The notes beneath the pieces were generated by a model. The model did not search any database and was not told the DNA's origin. It saw only the letters and a program-made list of their open reading frames with translations. Below, piece after piece: positions 1 to 8,627 of a DNA stretch of 64,000 bases. The position numbers and the translations under genes are program-made. Source of the DNA: Shigella phage SP21535; sequence record PQ615101; one strand, given 5' to 3'. Numbering within the stretch: the stretch's first letter is position 1; the number at the start of each line of letters is the position of its first letter.

Positions 1-1
1 A

Positions 2-139
2 TCAAAGGAATTTTCTCGTTTAGGAAAAGAGGAAATGATGGCTGAGATGCTTCAAAGAGGATTTGAATATAATGAATCTGACACTAAAACACAATTAATA
101 GCTTCATTTAAGAAGCAGCTTAGAAAGAGTTTAAAATGA
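2..139 (+). CDS. 3' end of an upstream hypothetical gene, truncated by the window edge; its TGA overlaps the nrdD ATG (ATGA)
   Basis: Open frame 2 from the window start to TGA at 137-139; no product recognised. Confidence 0.35.
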   Translation, partial: SKEFSRLGKEEMMAEMLQRGFEYNESDTKTQLIASFKKQLRKSLK

Positions 140-673
140 CGATTGAAAAAGAAATTGAAGGATTAATTCATAAAACTAATAAAGACCTTTTAAACGAGAA
201 TGCTAATAAAGATTCTCGTGTTTTTCCAACTCAACGGGACCTTATGGCTGGTATTGTGTCTAAACATATTGCCAAAAATATGGTCCCGTCTTTTATTATG
301 AAAGCGCATGAAAGCGGAATTATTCACGTGCACGATATTGATTATTCCCCTGCTCTTCCATTTACTAATTGCTGTTTAGTAGATTTAAAAGGAATGCTTG
401 AGAATGGATTTAAGCTCGGTAATGCACAGATTGAAACTCCTAAATCAATCGGTGTTGCTACTGCAATTATGGCACAAATTACTGCGCAGGTTGCTTCTCA
501 TCAATATGGCGGAACGACTTTTGCGAATGTAGATAAAGTACTTTCTCCTTATGTTAAACGCACCTACGCAAAACATATTGAGGATGCGGAAAAATGGCAA
601 ATCGCTGATGCATTGAATTATGCTCAATCTAAAACAGAAAAAGACGTATACGATGCATTCCAGGCGTATGAGT
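136..673 (+). CDS. nrdD: Anaerobic ribonucleoside-triphosphate reductase NrdD, exon 1
   Basis: ORF track 136..681; recognised as T4 NrdD N-terminal region; the frame continues in the downstream ORF after a 1 kb insertion carrying an endonuclease ORF. Confidence 0.85.
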
Positions 674-884
674 TAATTTAATTCAGGCTCATGTAAAACC
701 GGTCTAAACGGGGAACCTCTCTAGTAGACAATCCCGTGCTAAATGTTCTTTTGAACTAAATGCCTAACGACTAACCGTGATGAATGTAGCGGTGTAGAAT
801 AGAAGCTAATGCTATTCGAAACGGCCGGCATCGAAAGATGAAGATATAGTCTAATCTGCATGGCGACATGCAGCAGTCATCTTG

Positions 885-892
885 TATAAATA
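885..892 (+). promoter_or_regulatory. T4-type late promoter TATAAATA about 30 nt upstream of the intron ORF
   Basis: Exact TATAAATA at 885-892; a 7-bp stem hairpin CTGCATG-GCGA-CATGCAG lies just upstream at 856-873. Confidence 0.5.
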
Positions 893-921
893 AGATTATC
901 TTATGAATACGAGGTGAAACA

Positions 922-1692
922 ATGAAATGGATAAAAAGACGTTGTACTAAAATAAAAGATAAAGACGCATTTACATACTTAGTTAAGTTTTCTAATGGCG
1001 ACATTTATATCGGTTATAAAAAATTTAGAACAATTAAAAACAAGCCCACAAACTGGAAAACTTACACAACGTCATCTAAGTATATAAATGAACGCTTAAA
1101 AACTGATACACCTACTAAATGGATAATTTTAAAAACATTTGATAGTTATAAAGATGCATTAAAACATGAAGAAGAGGTCATACGTAAATATTTTTATAGC
1201 AAAAAATGTTTAAATAAATCCATAGGCGGTAAAAAGTTTTATAAGCATCCGGATACTGAAGAACATATTCAAAAATTAAGAGATGCTCATAAGGGTAAAG
1301 TGTTATCCGAATCTCATAAAAACAATATAAAATCTTCTGTAGCTGAATATTATGCTAAAAACGGAAGATCTAAGGAACATGTGCAAAATAATATCAATAG
1401 TCGAAAAAGTAAAAAACAAGTATCGATAAAGCTTAAAAATAAAACTTTTAGAAGTTTTAAAAAAGCAGCGGAATATTTAAATTGCACTGAAAGTGAAGTC
1501 GAAACTCATCCTCTTGTTTTGAGTATTAAGACTACTATTCATAAAGTTCCTGAATATGTGGTTGTTGACGGTATTAAGTATACGTCTTATATAGAAGCAG
1601 CTAAAGCGCTAAATTTTCATCCTAGCACTATAAAAGAACGTTGCATATCTATGGACTATCCAAATTTTGTTGTTTCATATAAACGGGCATGA
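922..1692 (+). CDS. I-TevII: Intron-encoded GIY-YIG homing endonuclease (I-TevII-like)
   Basis: ORF track, 256 aa; N-terminal GIY...YIG-like motif (DIYIGYKKF); location inside the nrdD intron as in T4. Confidence 0.8.
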   Translation: MKWIKRRCTKIKDKDAFTYLVKFSNGDIYIGYKKFRTIKNKPTNWKTYTTSSKYINERLKTDTPTKWIILKTFDSYKDALKHEEEVIRKYFYSKKCLNKSIGGKKFYKHPDTEEHIQKLRDAHKGKVLSESHKNNIKSSVAEYYAKNGRSKEHVQNNINSRKSKKQVSIKLKNKTFRSFKKAAEYLNCTESEVETHPLVLSIKTTIHKVPEYVVVDGIKYTSYIEAAKALNFHPSTIKERCISMDYPNFVVSYKRA

Positions 1693-1706
1693 ATTTGCGA
1701 CTCATG

Positions 1707-2998
1707 CTGAATATAATGATGAAGTAAATACACTTTTCAGCTCTAATGGACAAACGCCTTTTGTAACAATTACATTTGGTACGGGAACTGACTGGACTGA
1801 ACGAATGATTCAGAAAGCAATTCTGAAAAATCGTATTAAAGGTCTTGGTCGTGATGGGATAACTCCTATTTTCCCTAAGCTTGTTATGTTCGTTGAAGAA
1901 GGTGTTAATCTTTATAAAGACGATCCGAACTATGATATTAAGCAGCTTGCTCTAGAGTGCGCAAGCAAAAGAATGTATCCTGATATTATTTCAGCTAAGA
2001 ACAATAAAGCTATCACTGGTTCATCTGTTCCTGTTTCTCCGATGGGATGCCGTAGTTTCTTGAGCGTATGGAAAGATTCGACTGGCAATGAAATTCTTGA
2101 TGGACGTAATAATCTTGGTGTTGTAACATTGAATCTTCCTCGCATCGCGTTAGATTCTTATATTGGAACACAGTTCAATGAACAGAAATTTGTTGAATTG
2201 TTCAATGAGCGAATGGATTTATGTTTTGAAGCTTTGATGTGTAGAATTAGTTCCTTAAAAGGAGTTAAAGCGACTGTTGCTCCTATTCTTTACCAAGAAG
2301 GTGCATTCGGGGTTCGTCTTAAACCTGATGACGATATAATTGAGTTATTTAAAAACGGCAGAAGTTCAGTGTCTTTGGGATACATTGGTATTCACGAATT
2401 AAATATTCTTGTCGGTCGTGATATTGGACAAGAAATTTTAACTAAAATGAATGCTCATCTTAAACAGTGGACTGAAAGAACCGGATTTGCTTTTAGTTTA
2501 TATTCGACTCCTGCTGAAAACCTTTGTTACCGCTTCTGTAAACTTGATACAGAAAAATATGGAAGTGTAAAAGATGTTACCGATAAAGGCTGGTACACTA
2601 ATAGTTTCCATGTTTCAGTAGAAGAAAATATTACTCCGTTTGAAAAGATTTCTCGTGAAGCGCCATATCATTTCATTGCGACAGGTGGTCACATTTCTTA
2701 TGTTGAACTTCCTGATATGAAAAATAACTTAAAAGGCCTTGAGGCCGTGTGGGATTATGCTGCACAACATTTAGATTATTTTGGTGTTAATATGCCAGTA
2801 GATAAATGTTTTACATGCGGAAGCACCCATGAAATGACTCCTACTGAAAACGGATTTGTTTGTTCTATTTGTGGAGAAACTGATCCTAAAAAGATGAATA
2901 CAATAAGAAGAACATGCGGATATCTTGGAACTCCTAGCGTTGTTCCATGGAATTTAGGTAAAATGAAAGAAATGGTAAAACGAGTAAAACATGCATAG
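1707..2998 (+). CDS. nrdD: NrdD exon 2 (C-terminal part with glycyl-radical motif RRTCGYLG)
   Basis: ORF track 1667..2998; frame joins exon 1 via the inferred splice; the alternative 3' splice site after G1718 cannot be excluded. Confidence 0.85.
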
Positions 2999-3821
2999 GT
3001 ATTATATAATTTATAAAATAACAAATATAATTAATTCAAAGGAATATATCGGTGCGCATAGCACCGATAACATAAATGACGGTTATATGGGGTCAGGAAC
3101 ATTGATTCGTGCCGCTTTATTAAAATATGGTAGAAAAAATTTTAATAAAGAAATTTTACATGTTTTTGATAATGAAAAACAAATGTATGATAAAGAAGCT
3201 GAACTTGTAACCGAAGAGTATTGTCTAAAAGAAAATACATATAATATTAAACCTGGTGGAAAAGGTGGAACTGCCTATGAACAGACACTTGAACATCGCC
3301 GCAAAAATAGTTTAGCAAATAAAGGTAAAAAGAGAACAGAAGAAACTAAAATAGCTATTTCACGTGCTTTAAAGAAATATAAACGTACGCCAGAGCATCA
3401 AGCAAATTTAAATAAAGCCGTAAGCATAGCTATGAAGCGAAAAGATGTTAGAAGTAAATTAGCTGGAGAGCGGTCTGAGAAAGATAAATTATCTATATCA
3501 AACGGTGTTAAAAAATATTACAATTCTTTGAGTGAAGAAGAACGCGAACTTCATCGCAAGCGAATTATTGAAGGTAAAAAGAATTCTCCCATGTCATTGG
3601 AATCTAGACAAAAGCTTTCAAAAGCTTTAAAAGGACTTCAAGTTGGTTCAAAAAATCCAATGTATGGAAAAATTTCTCCAACTAGCAAAACCGTTTCAGT
3701 TGACGGTATTAAATATGATTCAATTAAAAAGTGCTCAAATGCCATAAAAGTTTCTAGACATCTTATACTAAAACGCTGTAATTCTACTGATGAAGCTTGG
3801 AAAAATTGGATATTATTATGA
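2991..3821 (+). CDS. Free-standing GIY-YIG homing endonuclease (Seg-like) wedged between nrdD and nrdG
   Basis: ORF track, 276 aa; N-terminal YIIYKITN...EYIGAH (GIY-YIG), basic repeat-rich C-terminus; ATG overlaps the nrdD stop and its TGA overlaps the nrdG ATG. Confidence 0.75.
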   Translation: MHRYYIIYKITNIINSKEYIGAHSTDNINDGYMGSGTLIRAALLKYGRKNFNKEILHVFDNEKQMYDKEAELVTEEYCLKENTYNIKPGGKGGTAYEQTLEHRRKNSLANKGKKRTEETKIAISRALKKYKRTPEHQANLNKAVSIAMKRKDVRSKLAGERSEKDKLSISNGVKKYYNSLSEEERELHRKRIIEGKKNSPMSLESRQKLSKALKGLQVGSKNPMYGKISPTSKTVSVDGIKYDSIKKCSNAIKVSRHLILKRCNSTDEAWKNWILL

Positions 3822-4288
3822 ATTATGACAGAATATATCCGTGCTGCTTTGTTAATGGTCCTGGATGCAGGACAGTTCTTTTCGTTACAGGTTGTTTGCA
3901 TAAATGCGAAGGGTGTTATAATAAATCAACATGGAATGCTAGAAATGGCGTTCCATTTACTGGTGAAACACTAGAACAATTAATTGAATGTTTGAATAAT
4001 GATTATATAGAAGGATTAACTATAACTGGAGGTGACCCTCTTTATCCTGATAACCGAGATGATGTTCATTGCATTGTTCAAACTGTAAAAAATCTTTATC
4101 CAAATAAAAGCATTTGGTTGTGGACAGGGTACAAGTTTGAAGATATTAAACAACTAGAAATGCTTAAATATGTTGATGTTATTATTGATGGGAAGTATGA
4201 GAAAAATCTTCCAACCAAAAAGCTGTGGCGAGGTTCAGATAATCAGCGACTTTGGTCAAATACCGATGGGGTGTGGAAACATGATTAA
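3818..4288 (+). CDS. nrdG: Anaerobic ribonucleotide reductase activating protein NrdG
   Basis: ORF track 3797..4288; ATG at 3818 gives 156 aa, the T4 NrdG length; cysteine motif CxxxCxxC. Confidence 0.85.
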   Translation: MNYDRIYPCCFVNGPGCRTVLFVTGCLHKCEGCYNKSTWNARNGVPFTGETLEQLIECLNNDYIEGLTITGGDPLYPDNRDDVHCIVQTVKNLYPNKSIWLWTGYKFEDIKQLEMLKYVDVIIDGKYEKNLPTKKLWRGSDNQRLWSNTDGVWKHD

Positions 4289-4394
4289 ACTGAATTATAT
4301 TATTGATACTATAAATGATATGATTTTTCATTTTGGTCCAGAATTTTATTCGCAGTATAGTTTAGTACTTATCAATGCTTGGTTAATCAATTAA
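4281..4394 (+). CDS. Small hypothetical ORF (37 aa) overlapping the nrdG stop (ATGATTAA)
   Basis: Hand-translated: MIKLNYIIDTINDMIFHFGPEFYSQYSLVLINAWLIN. Confidence 0.3.
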   Translation: MIKLNYIIDTINDMIFHFGPEFYSQYSLVLINAWLIN

Positions 4395-4402
4395 GGGTAA
4401 AT

Positions 4403-4618
4403 ATGTATAAATTTCGTAAAGGTTTAGCTGATTTTCTTACAACTGTAACGTTCTTTTTGTTTATGGCAGTTGGTGCTATTTTTCTTATTCCTTTTATTGC
4501 TATATTTTTCGTAATTAGCTTAATTTCTCCAGAAAAAGGCTTATCTTCTAGCGAGTTCAATGAGCGTCTGGATAAAATTACTAACAAGCTTAATGCAGTT
4601 CTTGATAAAAAGGCTTAA
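4403..4618 (+). CDS. Small predicted membrane protein (71 aa)
   Basis: ORF track 4379..4618; internal ATG at 4403 preceded by AAGGG; one hydrophobic segment. Confidence 0.4.
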   Translation: MYKFRKGLADFLTTVTFFLFMAVGAIFLIPFIAIFFVISLISPEKGLSSSEFNERLDKITNKLNAVLDKKA

Positions 4619-4620
4619 TT

Positions 4621-4932
4621 ATGATTAGTTTTGAGCAGTATGTGGTAGAGAGTTGGAAGGGGTTTGATATGTTTGGTAATGACTATTATTTCTATGAATG
4701 TAGTCTAAATCCTAGTTTTTGGGCTGGACGTGAACGAGATCTCGAAGAAATTAATGCTCGTGCTGAATTGTTAGGTGAACTGCCTACGGTTTATTTTACC
4801 TTTGATGCATCTGGATTTGTTATCCAGGTTTATTTTCCTGAAGAAAATTCTGGCGATGATTCTGTTAACCCGCCATACTGGGCTTATCAAGGAATTATTT
4901 CTCGTGGAACAAAACTCGAACTTAAAGAATAA
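4621..4932 (+). CDS. Hypothetical protein (103 aa)
   Basis: ORF track; ATG overlaps the upstream stop (TAATTATG). Confidence 0.5.
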   Translation: MISFEQYVVESWKGFDMFGNDYYFYECSLNPSFWAGRERDLEEINARAELLGELPTVYFTFDASGFVIQVYFPEENSGDDSVNPPYWAYQGIISRGTKLELKE

Positions 4933-5227
4933 GATTGAAGTCTATGGAATTCCAGATGAAGTAGGTCGTTGTCCTGGATGTCAATCAGTTACAAAACTTC
5001 TAAAGGAGCTCAATGCTCCTTTTACTTTCTATAAAGTTCTTACAAATAATGGTAAGATTGAGTATGATCGTCCACTGATTGTATCTCTTGCTAAACGAGC
5101 TGGATTCACATCTCTTAACATTCGTTATCCAGTCATTTTCATTAATGATTCTAGACAAAAGAACATTAAACACTTCAAAGAAACTCTCATTTCACTTGGA
5201 TATGATAGAGATATCATAGAAGACTAA
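4904..5227 (+). CDS. nrdH: Glutaredoxin-like protein (NrdH-like, CPGC active site); start codon uncertain
   Basis: ORF track 4775..5227; CxxC motif GRCPGCQ; no in-frame ATG near the domain start; GTG at 4904 with upstream AAGGAA proposed. Confidence 0.55.
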   Translation: MEQNSNLKNKIEVYGIPDEVGRCPGCQSVTKLLKELNAPFTFYKVLTNNGKIEYDRPLIVSLAKRAGFTSLNIRYPVIFINDSRQKNIKHFKETLISLGYDRDIIED

Positions 5228-5229
5228 GA

Positions 5230-5255
5230 CGGGCCCTCTGGGCCTTTCTTTCTCA
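5230..5255 (+). terminator. Intrinsic terminator candidate (GGGCCC-TCT-GGGCC stem followed by a T-rich tract)
   Basis: Inverted repeat immediately after the nrdH-like stop. Confidence 0.45.
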
Positions 5256-5323
5256 CATTCTGTATATTACCATTCTAACTATCATTCACTTCTTATCATT
5301 CCCTAAAATAATTTCACAAAGTT

Positions 5324-5353
5324 GTTTACAACAAGTTCAAACTGTGGTATTAT
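5324..5353 (+). promoter_or_regulatory. T4 early-type promoter (-35 GTTTAC, 18-nt spacer, TGGTATTAT -10)
   Basis: GTTTAC at 5324-5329; TATTAT at 5348-5353 preceded by TGG. Confidence 0.55.
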
Positions 5354-5513
5354 TAACATATGAATTGCCTTTGAGGATTTGATATGGTTGTGGTTGATAA
5401 AGAAATTAAAAAGGGACAATATTATTTTATTAATGGTAATGTTGTTCGTGTTACTTACGTAAACGGTTTTGAAGTTTATTATCTTATACTCAAGTTACAT
5501 AAACAGATGATTT

Positions 5514-5852
5514 GTGATCGTGCTGTATTTAGTTCAGTTGCTAAGGAAATTAAACTCCATGGGTAAAACATATCGTCGTAAAGATTTAAAAGTACGTGAT
5601 TATGACTATTTTGGAAAGCGCAAAGCTCCTGATGGTGTAAGTCATAAAGATATGGTTGAAAACATTTTTCGCTCAGATAAATGGCGTAGAATGAAAGGCA
5701 TTGATTCAGAAGTTAAAGATGAGCTAAATCGTCAATTACGTAGTGAAGTAAGAAAGTTGAAAAAATCAGTTTACATTGACGATGATTTTGATTATAATAC
5801 TTCTCAACGAGTTGCTAAACGTAAATCAAACGAGTGTTATCGTTACAGCTGA
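5514..5852 (+). CDS. Hypothetical protein (start uncertain; GTG at 5514 or ATG at 5559)
   Basis: ORF track. Confidence 0.4.
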   Translation: MIVLYLVQLLRKLNSMGKTYRRKDLKVRDYDYFGKRKAPDGVSHKDMVENIFRSDKWRRMKGIDSEVKDELNRQLRSEVRKLKKSVYIDDDFDYNTSQRVAKRKSNECYRYS

Positions 5853-5859
5853 GGAAAAT

Positions 5860-5994
5860 ATGAATATCAAACGAATGCTTTTTAAACAAGGATTATACAC
5901 TTTAAATGTTACTCCAAAAGGTGATACAACTAAGTGGTCAGTAAATGACTGGATTAAATTCATTGATGAAAACGGTAACTGGTGGAAAATTTAA
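5860..5994 (+). CDS. Hypothetical small protein (44 aa)
   Basis: ATG at 5860 preceded by GAGGAAAA; in frame within ORF-track entry 5776..5994. Confidence 0.4.
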   Translation: MNIKRMLFKQGLYTLNVTPKGDTTKWSVNDWIKFIDENGNWWKI

Positions 5995-6195
5995 ATGAAT
6001 CCTGAATCTAAATTATCACAACGAATTGCTGAAGAACGTGCCAAATTTTTCCAGAACATGAAACACAATGGTATTGAAGATGAAGTTTTTCTAAATTGGT
6101 TCTGGAATAATAAGTATGCAGCATGTGAAGGAGCTCTGTCATTGTCAGTTGCAATGATGTACGAAGGCTGGAAGGGTGCCAAAAAGTTTAGCTAA
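5995..6195 (+). CDS. Hypothetical protein (66 aa)
   Basis: ORF track; followed directly by a terminator hairpin. Confidence 0.5.
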   Translation: MNPESKLSQRIAEERAKFFQNMKHNGIEDEVFLNWFWNNKYAACEGALSLSVAMMYEGWKGAKKFS

Positions 6196-6213
6196 GGGCT
6201 TCGGCCCTTTTTG
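6194..6213 (+). terminator. Intrinsic terminator (AAGGGC-UUCG-GCCCUU stem-loop plus T-run)
   Basis: GGGCTTCGGCCC followed by TTTTT. Confidence 0.6.
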
Positions 6214-6247
6214 GATAATAAAATTTTAACGTAATTGAGGATAATGT

Positions 6248-6574
6248 ATGACTATTCAAATTAAAAACGTCATTAATTCTTACGCATATGATAAAGTAGT
6301 TTCTTTGCTAGAAAAAGGCGATATTGTAACTCCTCAAATTTTGGATAAATGGGAAAAAGAGCTTCATCAAATGATGAAACAGAATGATCAGAAGATTGGA
6401 CGCAATACTGTCCGTGAATTGTTGGTTCAATATATCTTGTCAGAATTTGATGTTAAAGCTTTTGGTGTAGAATCTAAAGCTTATCAAAAGCATGAAATTT
6501 CCGATAAAACTATTCGTCGCATGAAAAATCAACGCAAGAAAAAATTTGCAGACCGGAAAATTGCTAAGGTATAA
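6248..6574 (+). CDS. Hypothetical protein (108 aa)
   Basis: ORF track. Confidence 0.5.
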   Translation: MTIQIKNVINSYAYDKVVSLLEKGDIVTPQILDKWEKELHQMMKQNDQKIGRNTVRELLVQYILSEFDVKAFGVESKAYQKHEISDKTIRRMKNQRKKKFADRKIAKV

Positions 6575-6576
6575 TT

Positions 6577-6792
6577 ATGAACGAAGCTCTTATTAACGAT
6601 TTGCGTCTTGCTGGATATGAAGTAAATACAAACGGTATTGGTTTAACTCAAATTGAAGGAAATGGATTCATCCTTGAGTATGAATTTAGCCAATGGTGGT
6701 TATACGCTAATTACGGCGAATTGATTGAATACGTTGACCAATTTGATTCACTAGATGCAGCTCTTGAAGCGGCTAAGTTGATGAATGCATGA
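6577..6792 (+). CDS. Hypothetical protein (71 aa)
   Basis: ORF track. Confidence 0.5.
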   Translation: MNEALINDLRLAGYEVNTNGIGLTQIEGNGFILEYEFSQWWLYANYGELIEYVDQFDSLDAALEAAKLMNA

Positions 6793-7058
6793 AATTAATT
6801 AATATTTCTATTGCTATTGAAAATTTTGGTATTTTCTATGTTGACCAATATATGAAAATTTCATTTTTCCCAAATAAGACTGGTGTTGGATATTGGGAAA
6901 GCCATGTTTCTGAATTAAATGAAAGTAAATATTCTAACACCCATAAAAAGTTTTTAGACTTTTTATATCGTGCTGATATTAATGATCATTATATAGATAT
7001 TCATGAATTTAAAAAGATGATGGAGAAAGTATTCCAAGCATACTGTTTACTTAGATAA
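6789..7058 (+). CDS. Hypothetical protein (89 aa)
   Basis: ORF track; ATG overlaps the upstream stop. Confidence 0.5.
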   Translation: MKLINISIAIENFGIFYVDQYMKISFFPNKTGVGYWESHVSELNESKYSNTHKKFLDFLYRADINDHYIDIHEFKKMMEKVFQAYCLLR

Positions 7059-7136
7059 CTGATATCCTCTATGCTTTAAGATAGATCTTCAAATATTATG
7101 ATATAATAGATCTATGAATTGAGCTAAGAGGTGAAA

Positions 7137-7694
7137 ATGTCAGAAACTAAGCCTAAATATAATTACGTAAACAATAAAGAGCTTTTACAAGCTATTATTG
7201 ATTGGAAAACAGAATTAGCAAATAATAAAGACCCAAATAAAGTAGTTCGTCAGAATGATACTATCGGATTAGCCATTATGCTTATTGCAGAAGGCTTATC
7301 TAAACGTTTCAACTTTTCAGGATACACCCAGTCTTGGAAACAAGAAATGATTGCAGATGGTATAGAAGCTTCTATTAAGGGGCTTCATAATTTTGATGAA
7401 ACGAAATATAAAAACCCACATGCGTATATAACTCAAGCTTGTTTTAATGCATTCGTCCAGCGTATTAAAAAAGAACGTAAGGAAGTTGCAAAGAAATATA
7501 GTTACTTCGTTCACAATGTCTATGACAGCCGTGACGACGATATGGTTGCGTTAGTAGATGAAACTTTTATTCAAGACATCTACGATAAAATGACGCATTA
7601 CGAAGAATCAACCTATAGAACACCGGGGGCTGAAAAGAAAAGTGTTGTAGACGATTCTCCTAGTTTGGATTTTTTATATGAGGCTAACGATTAA
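7137..7694 (+). CDS. 55: Late-transcription sigma factor gp55
   Basis: ORF track 7131..7694; ATG at 7137 gives 185 aa starting [24 protein letters not shown], recognised as T4 gp55; RBS GAGGTG. Confidence 0.9.
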
Positions 7695-7896
7695 CCTCTC
7701 CGGATTCTTGGAAGAAATACCTGAAGTTGAAGCTATTCCCTATTTACTTAAAATGTATCTCAGGGAAGTTTTAGCTCTTGACATTGATATTGATCCAGAA
7801 AATCCGTATGATACCGCTTTTAAATCTAATGGTGTAGAATTAAACTATCGGTATCATTTAACAGATGATGATTTTTATTTTATATTAGAGAAATAA
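7678..7896 (+). CDS. Hypothetical protein (72 aa)
   Basis: ORF track. Confidence 0.45.
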
Positions 7897-7897
7897 T

Positions 7898-8215
7898 ATG
7901 ACTGATAAACCCGAAATTAATGATGAAGTGGAAAAGCTTATTTCTTCTATTGAAGAAAAGAACCGTCTTGAAGCAGAAAGAAAAGCAAATAAGTTATTGT
8001 CTAAAAACAAACGCGAACTGAATCGTCTTTATAAGCATGCTCAGATTGCGGCTGAAAATAATAATTTTGCTCAATACGAATATGCTATCAAGAAAAGTCG
8101 GGATATTCTAAAACAGCCATATAACGATGAACTCATCAGTATTCTTTGGAAGACTACTAGATCGCAAATTGAGGATATGATTGATGCTTACACACGTAAA
8201 ATTCAAGCGTCTTAA
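7898..8215 (+). CDS. Hypothetical protein (105 aa)
   Basis: ORF track. Confidence 0.5.
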   Translation: MTDKPEINDEVEKLISSIEEKNRLEAERKANKLLSKNKRELNRLYKHAQIAAENNNFAQYEYAIKKSRDILKQPYNDELISILWKTTRSQIEDMIDAYTRKIQAS

Positions 8216-8387
8216 AATTAATGCAGGATTTACTGAATCTTTGAATGGTCATCTTTGTGTGAAAATTTCTGAAAAAGAATACCATGATAGTTCAATTAAA
8301 GAAGTTAATCCTCCTATTGTAAGAGCAGACCCTAATATGAAAGTGTGGGTTGATTCTTATCAAGTCAAAAAATGGTGGCAACTGTGA
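8184..8387 (+). CDS. Hypothetical protein (67 aa from the ATG at 8184)
   Basis: ORF track 8181..8387; overlaps the upstream ORF. Confidence 0.35.
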   Translation: MLTHVKFKRLKINAGFTESLNGHLCVKISEKEYHDSSIKEVNPPIVRADPNMKVWVDSYQVKKWWQL

Positions 8388-8390
8388 AAG

Positions 8391-8561
8391 ATGAACACCC
8401 AGACTTCTGAAAATTTCGATAAAATCCGTAAAGGCAAAGCAGAAAGAATGAGACGTTTTAAAGAGTCTTATGATAAAGCTAAAGCCGAAGGAACTATTAC
8501 GTACAAGCCCATTCGATTTAAAAGTTCAAATGAGCCTCTGTATGACGTATTATGTGGATAG
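8391..8561 (+). CDS. Hypothetical small basic protein (56 aa)
   Basis: Hand-translated MNTQTSENFDKIRKGKAERMRRFKESYDK...; ends at a hairpin. Confidence 0.35.
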   Translation: MNTQTSENFDKIRKGKAERMRRFKESYDKAKAEGTITYKPIRFKSSNEPLYDVLCG

Positions 8562-8627
8562 GAGCTTCGGCTCCTATATTGCTTTATAAATTTTTGGTAA
8601 AATAAACCAAAACAAAGAGGATATTAA

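Larger units (their letters stand above)
674..1706 (+). mobile_element. Group I intron in nrdD (T4 sunY-type) carrying a homing-endonuclease ORF
   Basis: Exon end AUGAGU (668-673) can pair with GCUCAU (687-692) as P1 with a terminal U.G; exon 2 start CUGAA (1707-1711) complements 682-686 as P10; G at 1706; 1033 nt; boundaries inferred. Confidence 0.7.

Noticed and set aside
1707-1718. Alternative nrdD 3' splice site after G1718 (would give a 605-aa NrdD)
   Set aside because: Kept only as an alternative: the P10 match is 5/5 at 1707 against 4/5 at 1719, and the 1033-nt intron length favours 1706, but this cannot be settled without cDNA.
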